Source: a virus
Length of the DNA: 64,000 nucleotides
Reading direction: 5' to 3' (one strand)
IMG/VR virus record: IMGVR_UViG_3300019935_000002
Span: 1 to 64,000 of that record
Made by a program: the position numbers and the translations under genes. Below are positions 9,896-19,937 of the stretch, piece by piece. How positions within the stretch are numbered: position 1 is the first letter of the stretch; each line of letters starts with the position of its first letter. The notes beneath the pieces were generated by a model. The model worked only from the letters and a program-made list of their open reading frames with translations. It ran no database searches and had not been told where the DNA came from.

Positions 9896-10496
9896 GGTTG
9901 TTCCTTTTTAATAAGCTCTACGGTTACTTTGCCACGCAGCTTGCGGGTGTATAGTTTGTCGCTATTTTTCTTGCATCTGGTCGGTTGCGGGCAGAAAACG
10001 ACCAAGCCTTTGACGTCGTCCGCGTACACAGCTTGGTCTACCTCGTTGCCGTTAACAAAGACTCTCACAGGCTTGCCGATCAGGATTGTACTCTTAGGCG
10101 TGTAGATCACTGCAGCCTCCTCAGGTCGTAACGGTAGTAGGAGAAACAGTCCGGCTCAGGCTTGGCAAGATCCTGCTCTCTGCGGTACAGGAACCCGGCA
10201 TGATAGAAATCCGAGACTTGCTTAGCAAGTCGCCCGTCATCGGCCCAAGACACGGCTGAGGTAGTCAGACAAACAGGCCGAGGTGCATAGCCTGTAGCAT
10301 GAAGTAATCTATGCACCCTTAGAAACTTGCTACGGCTGATTGTTTTCTTCATTCCGCACTTGTTGACGTCTTTTAGTGAGATCATTAGTCCTCTCCTGCT
10401 TAAAAAGTTTCTTTAACTTTGTGCACGACGATAGCGGTGCCCACCATAACAAACGGAGCGCAAAGCCCGAAGGTTATGGTGGGCACCAGCTGCTAC

Positions 10497-10988
10497 TCAT
10501 TTCCAGCTACCTCCTGCCAATTTTATTAAAATCTCATCCAGCTCCTCGACCGATCCCACGGCCAAGTAGTCTTCCTTCCTAAGACGTTTGCCATCCATCT
10601 TGGCCTCCACTGCCAGAGCGCCGTCGATTACATCCACACGCCCAATCGTGCAGTCGCAGAATACAACGAAGGCCCTATTCCCTGACCGAATCCACCTAAG
10701 AATACCAGACACCTGAGCAGGCTCTAGCAGAGAAGGAATAAAGCTCGCCCTCTTCTCTGATGCCTTAGCCTCCAGCAGGAAAGAGCTCCCGTTCAGCGCA
10801 AACAGGTAATCTGCGGGCTGGCCTCTAACCACGTTTCTTGCTTCGTTAGTGTCCACGAACCGGTGCTGGAATCCCCTGTGGGATTTCTCAAGCGAGTTGA
10901 GAGCAGGCTCGACGACCTGCTTCTCAAACCACTTGCCAGCTCGCTGCTTGCCCTTGTAGGCGGTCAGCGGTTTGGCGATTTTAATCAT
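10497..10988 (-). CDS. PD-(D/E)xK nuclease, Holliday-junction resolvase (RecU-like)
   Basis: GKWFE...PADY...LEAK pattern; sits in the replication module. Confidence 0.65.
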   Translation of the reverse strand: MIKIAKPLTAYKGKQRAGKWFEKQVVEPALNSLEKSHRGFQHRFVDTNEARNVVRGQPADYLFALNGSSFLLEAKASEKRASFIPSLLEPAQVSGILRWIRSGNRAFVVFCDCTIGRVDVIDGALAVEAKMDGKRLRKEDYLAVGSVEELDEILIKLAGGSWK

Positions 10989-11311
10989 CTTCCCGCCCTT
11001 CGTTATCAACTTTCAATCGGCCTGTCTTCAGGCAGTCAAATAGAGCCTTAAAACATCCACAGATGATTTCATAGTCAACTGCATCCGCACCTGGTACCGA
11101 AACCTTAACCATGTCGGACGCGCGCCTGGCGAACGCCTTACGGTCAGCGTCAACGTCTCGGTACCGGCATTCAGTAACAACGAAAATATCATTCTTATTC
11201 AAAGCCCTAAGCAGAAGGATGGACTTCTCGGCCGCTTCTCTTGAAGAATGAGGTCCATCCGTATTCCACGCAGTACCATGGCTATCCACTTTAGCTACCC
11301 AGTAGTCCGTC

Positions 11312-11719
11312 CTAATCATCAGCTTTTACCCCGTGCTTCTCCATCACCTCAAGCAGGTCCTCCGCTAACTCAGGCGTCATGCTTCTGTAGATGAGGGATC
11401 GAAGGCAGCGATTGGCTTTGGATACGGACTCCTTCTGCTTTACTCGCTTAGCTAGGCCCTCCATGGTCGCAAAGAACTCGAACGAATCTGGCGAGCCTAC
11501 CTTTGATCGGATAGCTTCCTTGGTTACGCCTGTCTCCGGCAGGTAATCGTCCACGAACCTAGCGTACCCGCCTGACAGGCGTTTCAGCTCCACGTACTTC
11601 CTGCCTACTTTCCACACCTCGAAAGCGACCGGCTCAGAGTTTCTGCGATTGGCTCCAGACGGCAGGCCGAACACTTTGTCACCTACTTTGAAATGGGATA
11701 TTGCTGTAAGTCTATTCAT
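11312..11719 (-). CDS. Hypothetical protein
   Basis: SD plus ATG at 11719; 'KVGRKY' small beta-barrel motif common in phage proteins. Confidence 0.5.
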   Translation of the reverse strand: MNRLTAISHFKVGDKVFGLPSGANRRNSEPVAFEVWKVGRKYVELKRLSGGYARFVDDYLPETGVTKEAIRSKVGSPDSFEFFATMEGLAKRVKQKESVSKANRCLRSLIYRSMTPELAEDLLEVMEKHGVKADD

Positions 11720-12095
11720 CTTCTCGTCCTCTATACTCGTAAACGTAGTACATAGCCGCCCATGCGTTGAAAACGATACCAAAGGTCACCCCTAGGGCTA
11801 TGTGCCCAAGCAGCATAAGGAAGGTACCGGGACAGGCCTTACCCGTATACTGGCAGTCACGGACCCAACTCTTAATAAATTTATTCATCTTTCTCTCTTC
11901 CCAATGTCAATACCTGCTTTGATCAAAGCCGCCGGCAAGTACCACGGCCATAGGCAGAGCTTGGCAGTTCTTTTCCACCAAGTCCTGGTCTCTGTCCGCT
12001 TTATAGGCTCGATTCCCATAGATACCAGCCAGACAGAAGCTGACAGTATGATCAGCCATGGAGTGGCCATGTAACACACGATAAATACTTGCCAA

Positions 12096-15000
12096 TTATT
12101 CATCCTCAGTCACCTCAACCTCCAGATCGTATTCGACGTGAAGCTCTGTGCTTTCCGCCTTCTTCTCAGCCAGCTTCTGCTTAACCGCTTCTATGTCGTT
12201 AACAGAAGAACCAAGCTCCGCCATGTTGAACCAGTCATAGCCAACCGCTACGTCGGTCTCCATAGGAACTGGAATCCTTGTAGGGACAATCACTTCCATC
12301 AGGTGTCGCATCCCGGCGATGTAAAGCTCAAGTTCTCCCTCATCGACAGAGGACAGAACCTCATCGTAGATCGGTAGCACGTAGCTACAGCCTGCCTGAG
12401 CGTATAGTCCTGACTTCCACATACCTGACAGTGTGATTTTAAGCAGGTCAGCGGCTGAGCCCTGAATCTCTGCGTTGATCAGCTGTCGGGCAATTCGCGC
12501 CTGCATAGCCCGGTCACCGGTCATCAGCTCAGGTTCAGCATGTCGAATAGAACCGAACGCTGTCTTAGTGAATCCGTTTCTACGAGCCTCAGCCTCGGTT
12601 TGGGACTGCCATTCGACGACACCTGGGTAAGTGCGGAAGTAGGCATCCACGTAGCCATCAGATTCATGACGGTCAATGATCATCTTCTCTGATAACGCCA
12701 TAGAGGACATGCCGTAGATCAGACCGAAGTTAATGACCTTCGCCTTCTTCTTCCGGATACCGTCCGCCCACTCATGATCAGGGTGATCCTCATCTTTGTA
12801 GGCCGCATAGAAGTCTTCGTAACTCCAACCTACGATACTGGCGCCTGTAGCAGAGTGCAGGTCAATCAGACCCTTAGAATCCTGCAACATTTTCTGCAGT
12901 CGGTCCGCAACCGCGTCACCAAACAGGTTGCGGTAGTGCTCAACCAACTCAGGCCCGATATAAGCCTTGATCATGGTAGCGTCGCAGCTCTGTCCTGCCG
13001 TCAGCCGAAGCTCAAGACCTGCCCAGTCAATACCGACTAGCACATCGCCTTCCTTTGCCGGGATTACTGTCTGGCGCATCACAGGGCTGATCTGCAGGAA
13101 GTTAGGGTTACCGCCTGTTGGTCGGCCTGTTGCCGTAGCACACCAACGGAACTCGGGGTGGATGTTCCCGGTCTTTGGGTGCTTCCACATAGGGTACTTC
13201 TTATGGTACAGGCCGTCCCTTGTTGCCGCTGCTGACATCTTAACCAGATTGGCCAGAACGTCTTTCACCCACTGGCGATCAGTGTGCGCGTCAGCCCACT
13301 TATACGCCAGAGCATTAGCAGAAGGAGCGCCGGGCAACTTATTCTCCCTGCGGAGAGATCCCGGAGACGTTTTGCCTCGCAGATACACTTCTGACCCCAG
13401 CAGTAGATACAATAGGTTGCGGGATTTTACCGGGGAGCTGGTGGTAATCTCGAAGCCAGTCTCGACTTCTTTACCCTCTAGGCCCATAACCCGGATCGCA
13501 AAAGTCTCCAAGTCGCGGAACTCGGGCTCCTCTCTGTCCTTGGAGGTAATCACTGGGACCACTGCCTCCAGCAGACGGGCGAACTCTTTCTGATCTTCAG
13601 TGGCGAATTCCTGCCAGTTGTCATCCAAGTACAGATTAAGATAGCCTTTAGTGGCCTTCTCTATGACAGGAAGCTCCAGAGCTTTGCTCAGATCCCGCAG
13701 GCCTGCAGCAGTAGGGTGAAACTTAGCGCCTACCGTTTCTCGCTTGTACGGTCGGTACAGGGAGGCAGACATCAAGTTGCCCTTGACCTTATCGATCCTG
13801 TCCTCTGTAAAGATGCCGATGAACTTGGTGAAGTTGCCGTCAACAGCCAGTTGCTCGTACTCATCCAGCTCTGCGCCTTCGTCAGCTTTTGCTCTCAGGT
13901 CTTCGATTTTCTCCTGAAGTTTATCCCAAGCCTTACTAGCGTCCGATCTGGCCTTGCAGTAGTAATAGTCCTTGTCCGCATTAAAGAACTTATTCGCATT
14001 GTCCAGCTGGGCAATGAAATCCCCGTCTGCGTTCTTATCGAGATTTTCCTGCAACAGTTTTTCGATAGCTGCCTGGCTGGAGGCGTGGGTCTCAGCGTCT
14101 TCAGCCTTGATCCTGTTCAGAGTGTCCCAGTCCATCTTTACGCCCTTAAGGCGCTCAGCGGCTAGGATGTTGAGTGGCGCTACGTTGTACTCACAGTAGA
14201 AGTCATAAGTACTCTCTAGCTGCGAGATGATCATTTCAAGCCAGTACAAGTGACTTGTGACCAATGAGTCATCGCAACCATAATGCAGTACATCGACCGC
14301 AGAGACGTCCGCCATGGTCTTACCTTCTGGGACGACCTCAGAGAACTCAGTCTGGCGATATCTCAGCCAAGTTGAGGCGAGGTGCTTAAGGCCTGACCGC
14401 TCGTTCTCGTCCACCTCTTGACTCAGGATCATGCTGTCGTGGGAGTCCCACATCTCAATATCGAGAGATTGTACCGACAGGGCCATCTCAAACTGAGCAT
14501 TGTGAGCCACATAAGGCTTTTTCTGTCCCCGACAGGCATCCCTCATTGCGGTTAGCAGGTTGGCCAGTTTGGTCTTTTCCAGGTTGTCGAACTCAAGTTC
14601 GCTGTTGTCGTGCTCCACAGTAAGGTAAACGCTGTGCTGGCAGTTCGAGCCAAAGCAGACAGATGCGCCGGTTGCCTCCATGGATACTACGTCAAGGTAG
14701 GTGCTGCCGGACTTTGCCTGCTGAAACGCTTCATGTTGTAGGGTGTCGTAACCCTCGTAGTCGTATGAGATTAGAGGAGAGCCTGCCACCTGCTGCGCCA
14801 TCCGCCCCGGCATATCGTCAGACCAGTTGCCGCTGTGGATAAGAGTCTCCGTAGGCATGAACTGTTTGAGTGATTGCTCAAACACGTCAGTGCAGCCAAC
14901 AGAGGCCATAAGATCGGTCACGCGCTGACGGCTGGGAACTCGTTTACGGAAGTCAGGCTTGGTGATCTTACCCGCGTAGCTACGCCAGCACAGCTGCGGC

Positions 15001-15929
15001 CTTAATGACGCCACCGTGTACATGGTCTGCCAGTTGGGGGCATCTTTCAGGATAAGAGACAGAGCTTTCTTTACCTGCTTGGGCGTACTGTCGTGCTCAG
15101 CAGCAGCCTCGATGTTTTTGTAGTTACGGGTGGTTACGGCTTTGACCAGCTCATCCAGCCCACCATCACCTACAGCAGCGTAGAGGTCGTTCCATTTGGC
15201 TGGGCCAAAGGACTTAACGCCACCGTACTCGTCAGAGGCGTCCCCTACAAGCGACTTAAACAGCGTCACATAGCGCAGAGGAAATGGGCGCTCAACACTC
15301 TTGTCCACATCGTAGTAGTTGGTCTCTTTCCAGCGACCCTTGAGCACTGCAGTCACGTCTTCTCGCTCGGCAAGGGCAAGTAGATCGTGATCGTTGGTGT
15401 ACACAAACTTGTCGCCCTGCAGACCTTGGCAGCACCAAGCGATTACGTCGTCAGCTTCAACGCCTTTAACTTTGATCGCGGTTGAGCCGGAATAGACCAG
15501 CACATCCTCCAGTACCTTCTTGAACTGGATCAGATTCTTCATCTCCTGATCCATCACCTGCTCAGCTTTGCGGGCCTCGCGCTTTGCTTTGTAGCCGGGG
15601 AAGATGCCTTTACGGAAATCGATGCCGCCGTCTTTTGCGAGGATGACGTTGATAGGCGCAGTGCCCATATTGCTGAAAAGTTGTGGGCCATACACGTCAA
15701 AGAAGAAGCGCATAGCGCCACCGACAGTGGGAATCTTCTTGTCGGTTTCCGGATCGTACTCCTTGAAGCTGGCGCCATAAAAGCAGTGCTTGGTGACAGA
15801 GTTCCAGTCCAGCAGGTGCCAGAATGTGTCGCGTACTTTGGCCGCACCGTAATCAGCGATGTTCCGGTCGATACCCGACTTGATATCTTCTACGGTTAGT
15901 TTTCGATGTTCAGGCAGTAGGTGGTTCAT
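12096..15929 (-). CDS. polA: Family A DNA polymerase with 5'-3' exonuclease, 3'-5' exonuclease and polymerase domains
   Basis: 5'-exo: YKAKR, EADD, NDHD, GDASD. 3'-exo: YDYE, AHNAQFE, YGCDD. Polymerase: TGRPTGGNPNFLQI, IDWAGLELR (A), KAKVINFGLIYG (B), IYDE (C). Confidence 0.95.
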   Translation of the reverse strand: MNHLLPEHRKLTVEDIKSGIDRNIADYGAAKVRDTFWHLLDWNSVTKHCFYGASFKEYDPETDKKIPTVGGAMRFFFDVYGPQLFSNMGTAPINVILAKDGGIDFRKGIFPGYKAKREARKAEQVMDQEMKNLIQFKKVLEDVLVYSGSTAIKVKGVEADDVIAWCCQGLQGDKFVYTNDHDLLALAEREDVTAVLKGRWKETNYYDVDKSVERPFPLRYVTLFKSLVGDASDEYGGVKSFGPAKWNDLYAAVGDGGLDELVKAVTTRNYKNIEAAAEHDSTPKQVKKALSLILKDAPNWQTMYTVASLRPQLCWRSYAGKITKPDFRKRVPSRQRVTDLMASVGCTDVFEQSLKQFMPTETLIHSGNWSDDMPGRMAQQVAGSPLISYDYEGYDTLQHEAFQQAKSGSTYLDVVSMEATGASVCFGSNCQHSVYLTVEHDNSELEFDNLEKTKLANLLTAMRDACRGQKKPYVAHNAQFEMALSVQSLDIEMWDSHDSMILSQEVDENERSGLKHLASTWLRYRQTEFSEVVPEGKTMADVSAVDVLHYGCDDSLVTSHLYWLEMIISQLESTYDFYCEYNVAPLNILAAERLKGVKMDWDTLNRIKAEDAETHASSQAAIEKLLQENLDKNADGDFIAQLDNANKFFNADKDYYYCKARSDASKAWDKLQEKIEDLRAKADEGAELDEYEQLAVDGNFTKFIGIFTEDRIDKVKGNLMSASLYRPYKRETVGAKFHPTAAGLRDLSKALELPVIEKATKGYLNLYLDDNWQEFATEDQKEFARLLEAVVPVITSKDREEPEFRDLETFAIRVMGLEGKEVETGFEITTSSPVKSRNLLYLLLGSEVYLRGKTSPGSLRRENKLPGAPSANALAYKWADAHTDRQWVKDVLANLVKMSAAATRDGLYHKKYPMWKHPKTGNIHPEFRWCATATGRPTGGNPNFLQISPVMRQTVIPAKEGDVLVGIDWAGLELRLTAGQSCDATMIKAYIGPELVEHYRNLFGDAVADRLQKMLQDSKGLIDLHSATGASIVGWSYEDFYAAYKDEDHPDHEWADGIRKKKAKVINFGLIYGMSSMALSEKMIIDRHESDGYVDAYFRTYPGVVEWQSQTEAEARRNGFTKTAFGSIRHAEPELMTGDRAMQARIARQLINAEIQGSAADLLKITLSGMWKSGLYAQAGCSYVLPIYDEVLSSVDEGELELYIAGMRHLMEVIVPTRIPVPMETDVAVGYDWFNMAELGSSVNDIEAVKQKLAEKKAESTELHVEYDLEVEVTEDE

Positions 15930-16191
15930 GGAGTCTCCTCATACGTGTCATAAGGGCTGCAGTCCCAAACATCATCAATGTCGCCCTGCATCAGGCTGTA
16001 AGTGCCTGACTCGGAGCACTTAGCGAGGGCGAAGTCCCTGCCGACGGCTACAACCGTCTGCTTTTTATCGGAGCCTTTACTGCCCTGGTAGTGAAATTGC
16101 TTGGCCCCGCAAAACCCGAACCAGATTTCGTCACCCAAGTGGATGTCGGAGTACTTTGTTATTTGTCCCATAAGTCACCTTAATTCAGACA

Positions 16192-16216
16192 TAAAAATAG
16201 CGGCCCGAAGGCCGCC
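16192..16216 (-). terminator. Rho-independent terminator
   Basis: GCGGCC-TTCG-GGCCGC followed by TATTTTT, after the SSB-like gene. Confidence 0.8.
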
Positions 16217-16233
16217 ATCCAAGCTTCCAACGA

Positions 16234-17157
16234 TCAGAAGTCTTCCAGGTCTTCCACAGAGATGCCTGCAGCAGTCTCCAGGTTGATGCCCAGCTTCTGG
16301 CAGAAGTCGTCCTTCGTGCCAGCGACCGGATCGATAACCCAAGGGTTGTAAGTCTTGCCATTACCACCCTGAGTTTTAGGCCCTACGCTTACCTTCAGCA
16401 CCCGCTGATCAATGGGAGTGCCTTGCTTCTTGGCCATCACCATCAGACCGCGAAAGCGCTGCATGGAAGCCTGAGCGATCTGCATCTCACACATAGTACC
16501 TACCGGCACCACATCGCCTACTTCCTTGCTGAACTTCAGAATTTGAGCGCCGACCATTTCGTACTCAACTTCTTCAGGCTTCAAGCCTTCCTCACGCAGC
16601 TCCTGCTTGAACTGCGTGACAGACTTGCCTCGGGTGGTCTGCATCTCATTTTCGCTGAGGCCAGGCTGCACAGTATAGTAAGCCATCTGTTCCTTCGTCG
16701 GATTCTCTACGCCAGCAGGCTTAATGAGGCGCTGCAGGCGGCGGTTGACCACTGCCACGATAAGCGCCTTACCTGCAGATGCGTTGTCCAGATCAAACTC
16801 GGCGTTCTCAATCTTCAGCTTTTTGAAGGCACCGTAGCCCAGCTCACTAACATCCACGTCTTCGCCGCCCATCGTAGGAGCCTGAACATCGGCTGGGTTA
16901 GCGACCGCTGTTGACTGAGTTCGTACCGCAACCTGAGTGCTTGGCTCTGAATCCATAGGGGCGCCTGCCATCAGGCCGTTGCTGGTTTCTTCTGCCGGGT
17001 CGGCGTCCATTACCAGACCATTAGCCGGCTCCTGTTCTGCAGCTTTAGTTTCTGCAGGCTGGGCGTCCTCAGTCACCAGACCGTTGCCGGAAGCAGCTGC
17101 GCCATCTTCTGCAATAAGTTTGTTCATCTTTTTGTTACCAATAACATTAAAGTTCAT
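16234..17157 (-). CDS. Putative ssDNA-binding/replication accessory protein
   Basis: Lies upstream of the polymerase; acidic-aromatic C-tail (VEDLEDF); low-complexity N-terminus with NGL(V/M) repeats. Confidence 0.45.
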   Translation of the reverse strand: MNFNVIGNKKMNKLIAEDGAAASGNGLVTEDAQPAETKAAEQEPANGLVMDADPAEETSNGLMAGAPMDSEPSTQVAVRTQSTAVANPADVQAPTMGGEDVDVSELGYGAFKKLKIENAEFDLDNASAGKALIVAVVNRRLQRLIKPAGVENPTKEQMAYYTVQPGLSENEMQTTRGKSVTQFKQELREEGLKPEEVEYEMVGAQILKFSKEVGDVVPVGTMCEMQIAQASMQRFRGLMVMAKKQGTPIDQRVLKVSVGPKTQGGNGKTYNPWVIDPVAGTKDDFCQKLGINLETAAGISVEDLEDF

Positions 17158-17236
17158 TTTTTCTTCTCTTCTTCATTTAGTTGGGGGGTAGACCGTGTAG
17201 GTCTGGGAAAGACTATAGCAGCGGTTGCGGCTACAG

Positions 17237-17575
17237 TCAAAGGTTAGTGTTTACCAAAGGGCATGACTTTTCTTGGGACTTCAGCCTTTCGCTGACAGCT
17301 AAGGCCTCTTCTGCCTGAAGCTTTTTCTTTTCAATCTGTTCAGACTCCTCCAGTATTTTGGCAGCGGCCCTAAGATAGTCAGCGGCATAGGTGTTGCTTA
17401 CCTTATCAGCAAGTCGGAACGCTACCTCTGAATCTTTCAGCACCAAATTGCGGGCTGCGGCCCTAAGGCTCCCATCACGTACCCAGTATGAGATTCCACC
17501 GCAGGCGATGTAATCTTCCACATCGCCTGCGCCTGTGAACTGAACCTCATCCAGCAGCTCTTTTTCGTCAATCAT
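17237..17575 (-). CDS. Hypothetical protein (cassette A)
   Basis: GGAGG SD then ATG at 17575. Confidence 0.6.
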   Translation of the reverse strand: MIDEKELLDEVQFTGAGDVEDYIACGGISYWVRDGSLRAAARNLVLKDSEVAFRLADKVSNTYAADYLRAAAKILEESEQIEKKKLQAEEALAVSERLKSQEKSCPLVNTNL

Positions 17576-17602
17576 CAGAACCTCCAAAGAGTTCTACTAC
17601 AG

Positions 17603-18025
17603 TCAAAGGTTGATTTTGTTCGCCTTTACGTACTCGGCACTACCTTGCAGTAGGCTCTTTAATTCAGCAATTCTGAACTCTTTAGGTACGATATTACCAG
17701 GAATAAGAGGGTTGCTGTGCGGAGCCTCCTTTCTTATCTTGGCAAACTCACACCTGCCTACCGGCCTGCGTCGGACAAGCAAGGCCCTGATGGCGTCGCC
17801 TTCCACCTCAACTTTCATCAGGGCGAACTGGTGCTTGTCTTTTATACGTCTCACTACGTGCTCTGAACTTAAGACCATCACGCCACACAGAGTTATAGTT
17901 CGCTCTCCCTCTATGGCGACTGCAAGTCGGGAGTTGCTGTCAAAGAGGTCTGAGGACTCCATTAACTTCTCCATCTCCACAGCTCTTGCTTCTGCCTTGT
18001 CAATCTCACTCAGTAAATCAATCAT
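17603..18025 (-). CDS. Hypothetical protein (cassette B)
   Basis: GGAGG SD then ATG at 18025, overlapping the helicase stop. Confidence 0.6.
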   Translation of the reverse strand: MIDLLSEIDKAEARAVEMEKLMESSDLFDSNSRLAVAIEGERTITLCGVMVLSSEHVVRRIKDKHQFALMKVEVEGDAIRALLVRRRPVGRCEFAKIRKEAPHSNPLIPGNIVPKEFRIAELKSLLQGSAEYVKANKINL

Positions 18026-19577
18026 CAGAACCTCCAAACAATTCAACTTCCATCGCTTGAACAGGGAACTCTCTGCCGTTAATCTCCGTAACCTTCCTAG
18101 TCTTATCTACCATCTTAGAGAAGGACTTGTCGGCTACAGTGCCCAACACCCGCAGGAAGTAACAGACCATCGCAAACTTCTGCCCCGTCCTCTCCATGCG
18201 AGCTACCGCCTGCTGCACGTCCCTAGGGGTCGTAGGGTTCTCGACAAACAGCATGTAACGCGCTACCTGCCAGTTGAATCCTGCCCCTCCTGCACCCCAG
18301 TTGGCGATCATCATCCCACATTCGTCCGAGGTCTCGAATTTGATTCGGTTCGCCTCTGAGTCTTTTGGTGATTGGCCACCGTAGATGACCGCAGGATTAA
18401 ACTCTGCGTACCGTTCCTTCAGGTAGTCAATGGTGTCCTTGTACCAGGCCCATACGATGATCTTGTGCTTCCTTGGGTTAACAGACTCAATAATCTCGTC
18501 AGCCGCCTGCAGTACAGTGTTGTCTTTCTTGAATTTACCCGCCTTGTCGTCATCTACATAGTGATGAGGGCAAGATAGGATTCGCCCGGCGTACTGCCGT
18601 AGCTGAGAGGCATGCTCTGCATTAAGCAGCTCGCCGTTCACCTCCAGCAGACGAGTGTTGATCAGATTGCGGTAGAGCTTCCGGTGTGCAGGGGAAAGGT
18701 CGACAGGGACTTCGACCGGTCGCAACTCAGGCAAGTCCTTCTGTACCTCACGCAGAGTTATCTTCCTTGCCCTGCGGCACATGATTTCACCGAGCTTGTC
18801 GAGATTCTTATAGGTGTAGCCTATGATGTTCTCGAACTTACGGCCGGTATCAGGGTCCTCCTTATAGACGGTAATTGCCTGATCTACGAACATGTTGTAG
18901 AACTCTGCGTAATCAAAGAAAAGTTCAGGGTCAATAAGTTTGATCAGACCATAGGCGTCTGTCGGAACGTTGCGGATCTCTGAACCTGTAAACAGGTGAA
19001 CTCCGTACATTCCCTTGCTGGCGTAGAACAGTCTCCATACAGCCCCCCATAGCTTGGTCTCGGCATTAGATAGCTTATCTGCCTCGTCAAACAGGAACGC
19101 TCGGTAGCCGACACTCTTTAGGTAGCTGCCGTCTCTGCGGATTCGCTCATAGCTCATCAGCATCAGAGGTGGCCAGCTGTCGTCCATCGTGTATTCGGCA
19201 TACTTTTCGTCGCGCTTCTTGGGGGTCATGTCCTGGACTAGGTAGTCAAACCCCAAGTCGTCAGGCACCGTCCAATCTCGCTTAAAGTCAGACAGCCACC
19301 GTCCTATCAGTTTAGGAGGCATCACCATCAGGCACTTAATGCCTGACAGGTGGTACAGGAGGATCAGAGCTTGCATAGGGATCGTCTTGCCGACCCCCGG
19401 CTCATCCCATAGCGCTGACCGCTCCGACCACTCCTGTCCGGCCAGAATGTTAAGGCCGGATATTTGGTGGTCGAACGGGGAGTACTGATCGTTGCCGTCC
19501 GGATGGCATACGATCCTATCTGATCCTGGAGGTGAAGCAACCCCTGCCTTCTGGCACATTTCACTGAGTGTCATCAT
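18018..19577 (-). CDS. SNF2-family (SF2) helicase
   Basis: Motifs DEPGVGKT, FDEAD, TGS, GAGFN and QAVARMERTGQ. Confidence 0.88.
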   Translation of the reverse strand: MMTLSEMCQKAGVASPPGSDRIVCHPDGNDQYSPFDHQISGLNILAGQEWSERSALWDEPGVGKTIPMQALILLYHLSGIKCLMVMPPKLIGRWLSDFKRDWTVPDDLGFDYLVQDMTPKKRDEKYAEYTMDDSWPPLMLMSYERIRRDGSYLKSVGYRAFLFDEADKLSNAETKLWGAVWRLFYASKGMYGVHLFTGSEIRNVPTDAYGLIKLIDPELFFDYAEFYNMFVDQAITVYKEDPDTGRKFENIIGYTYKNLDKLGEIMCRRARKITLREVQKDLPELRPVEVPVDLSPAHRKLYRNLINTRLLEVNGELLNAEHASQLRQYAGRILSCPHHYVDDDKAGKFKKDNTVLQAADEIIESVNPRKHKIIVWAWYKDTIDYLKERYAEFNPAVIYGGQSPKDSEANRIKFETSDECGMMIANWGAGGAGFNWQVARYMLFVENPTTPRDVQQAVARMERTGQKFAMVCYFLRVLGTVADKSFSKMVDKTRKVTEINGREFPVQAMEVELFGGSDD

Positions 19578-19937
19578 GGCCGCAGACTCCCAGACCCTCT
19601 TTAAAGAACTTTACCGAGGCGTCGAATTCTTCTTCGCTGATTTGTTCCAGTAACGAATCAGGTCGCCAGTTCAGATAGCTCTTGTGCCTATACCATCCTC
19701 TCCTTTTATTAGGCACTATTAAGAAGATTACAGTCTTACCTGCTGCCGAGAAGCCGGTAGCGGCAGCTCCTAGGCCCTCTCTTCCCTTAAAGAGCAGAGG
19801 TTGTTTGGTAGTAAGGCCCGCAGCTTCTACTATTTCAGGGCACAGTTCTCCGTCAGTGCCGTGCTCGGTAAAGGCTTGAATCAGCGGGCCTTGTTCCGCT
19901 TTGTAGAATGAAAACTTTTCCATAGAGATTCCTGTCA

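Noticed and set aside
12096-15929. Intein or intron in the unusually long polymerase
   Set aside because: Continuous frame with no C/S...HN splice motifs or LAGLIDADG blocks. The length is explained by the 5' exonuclease and the thumb insertion.
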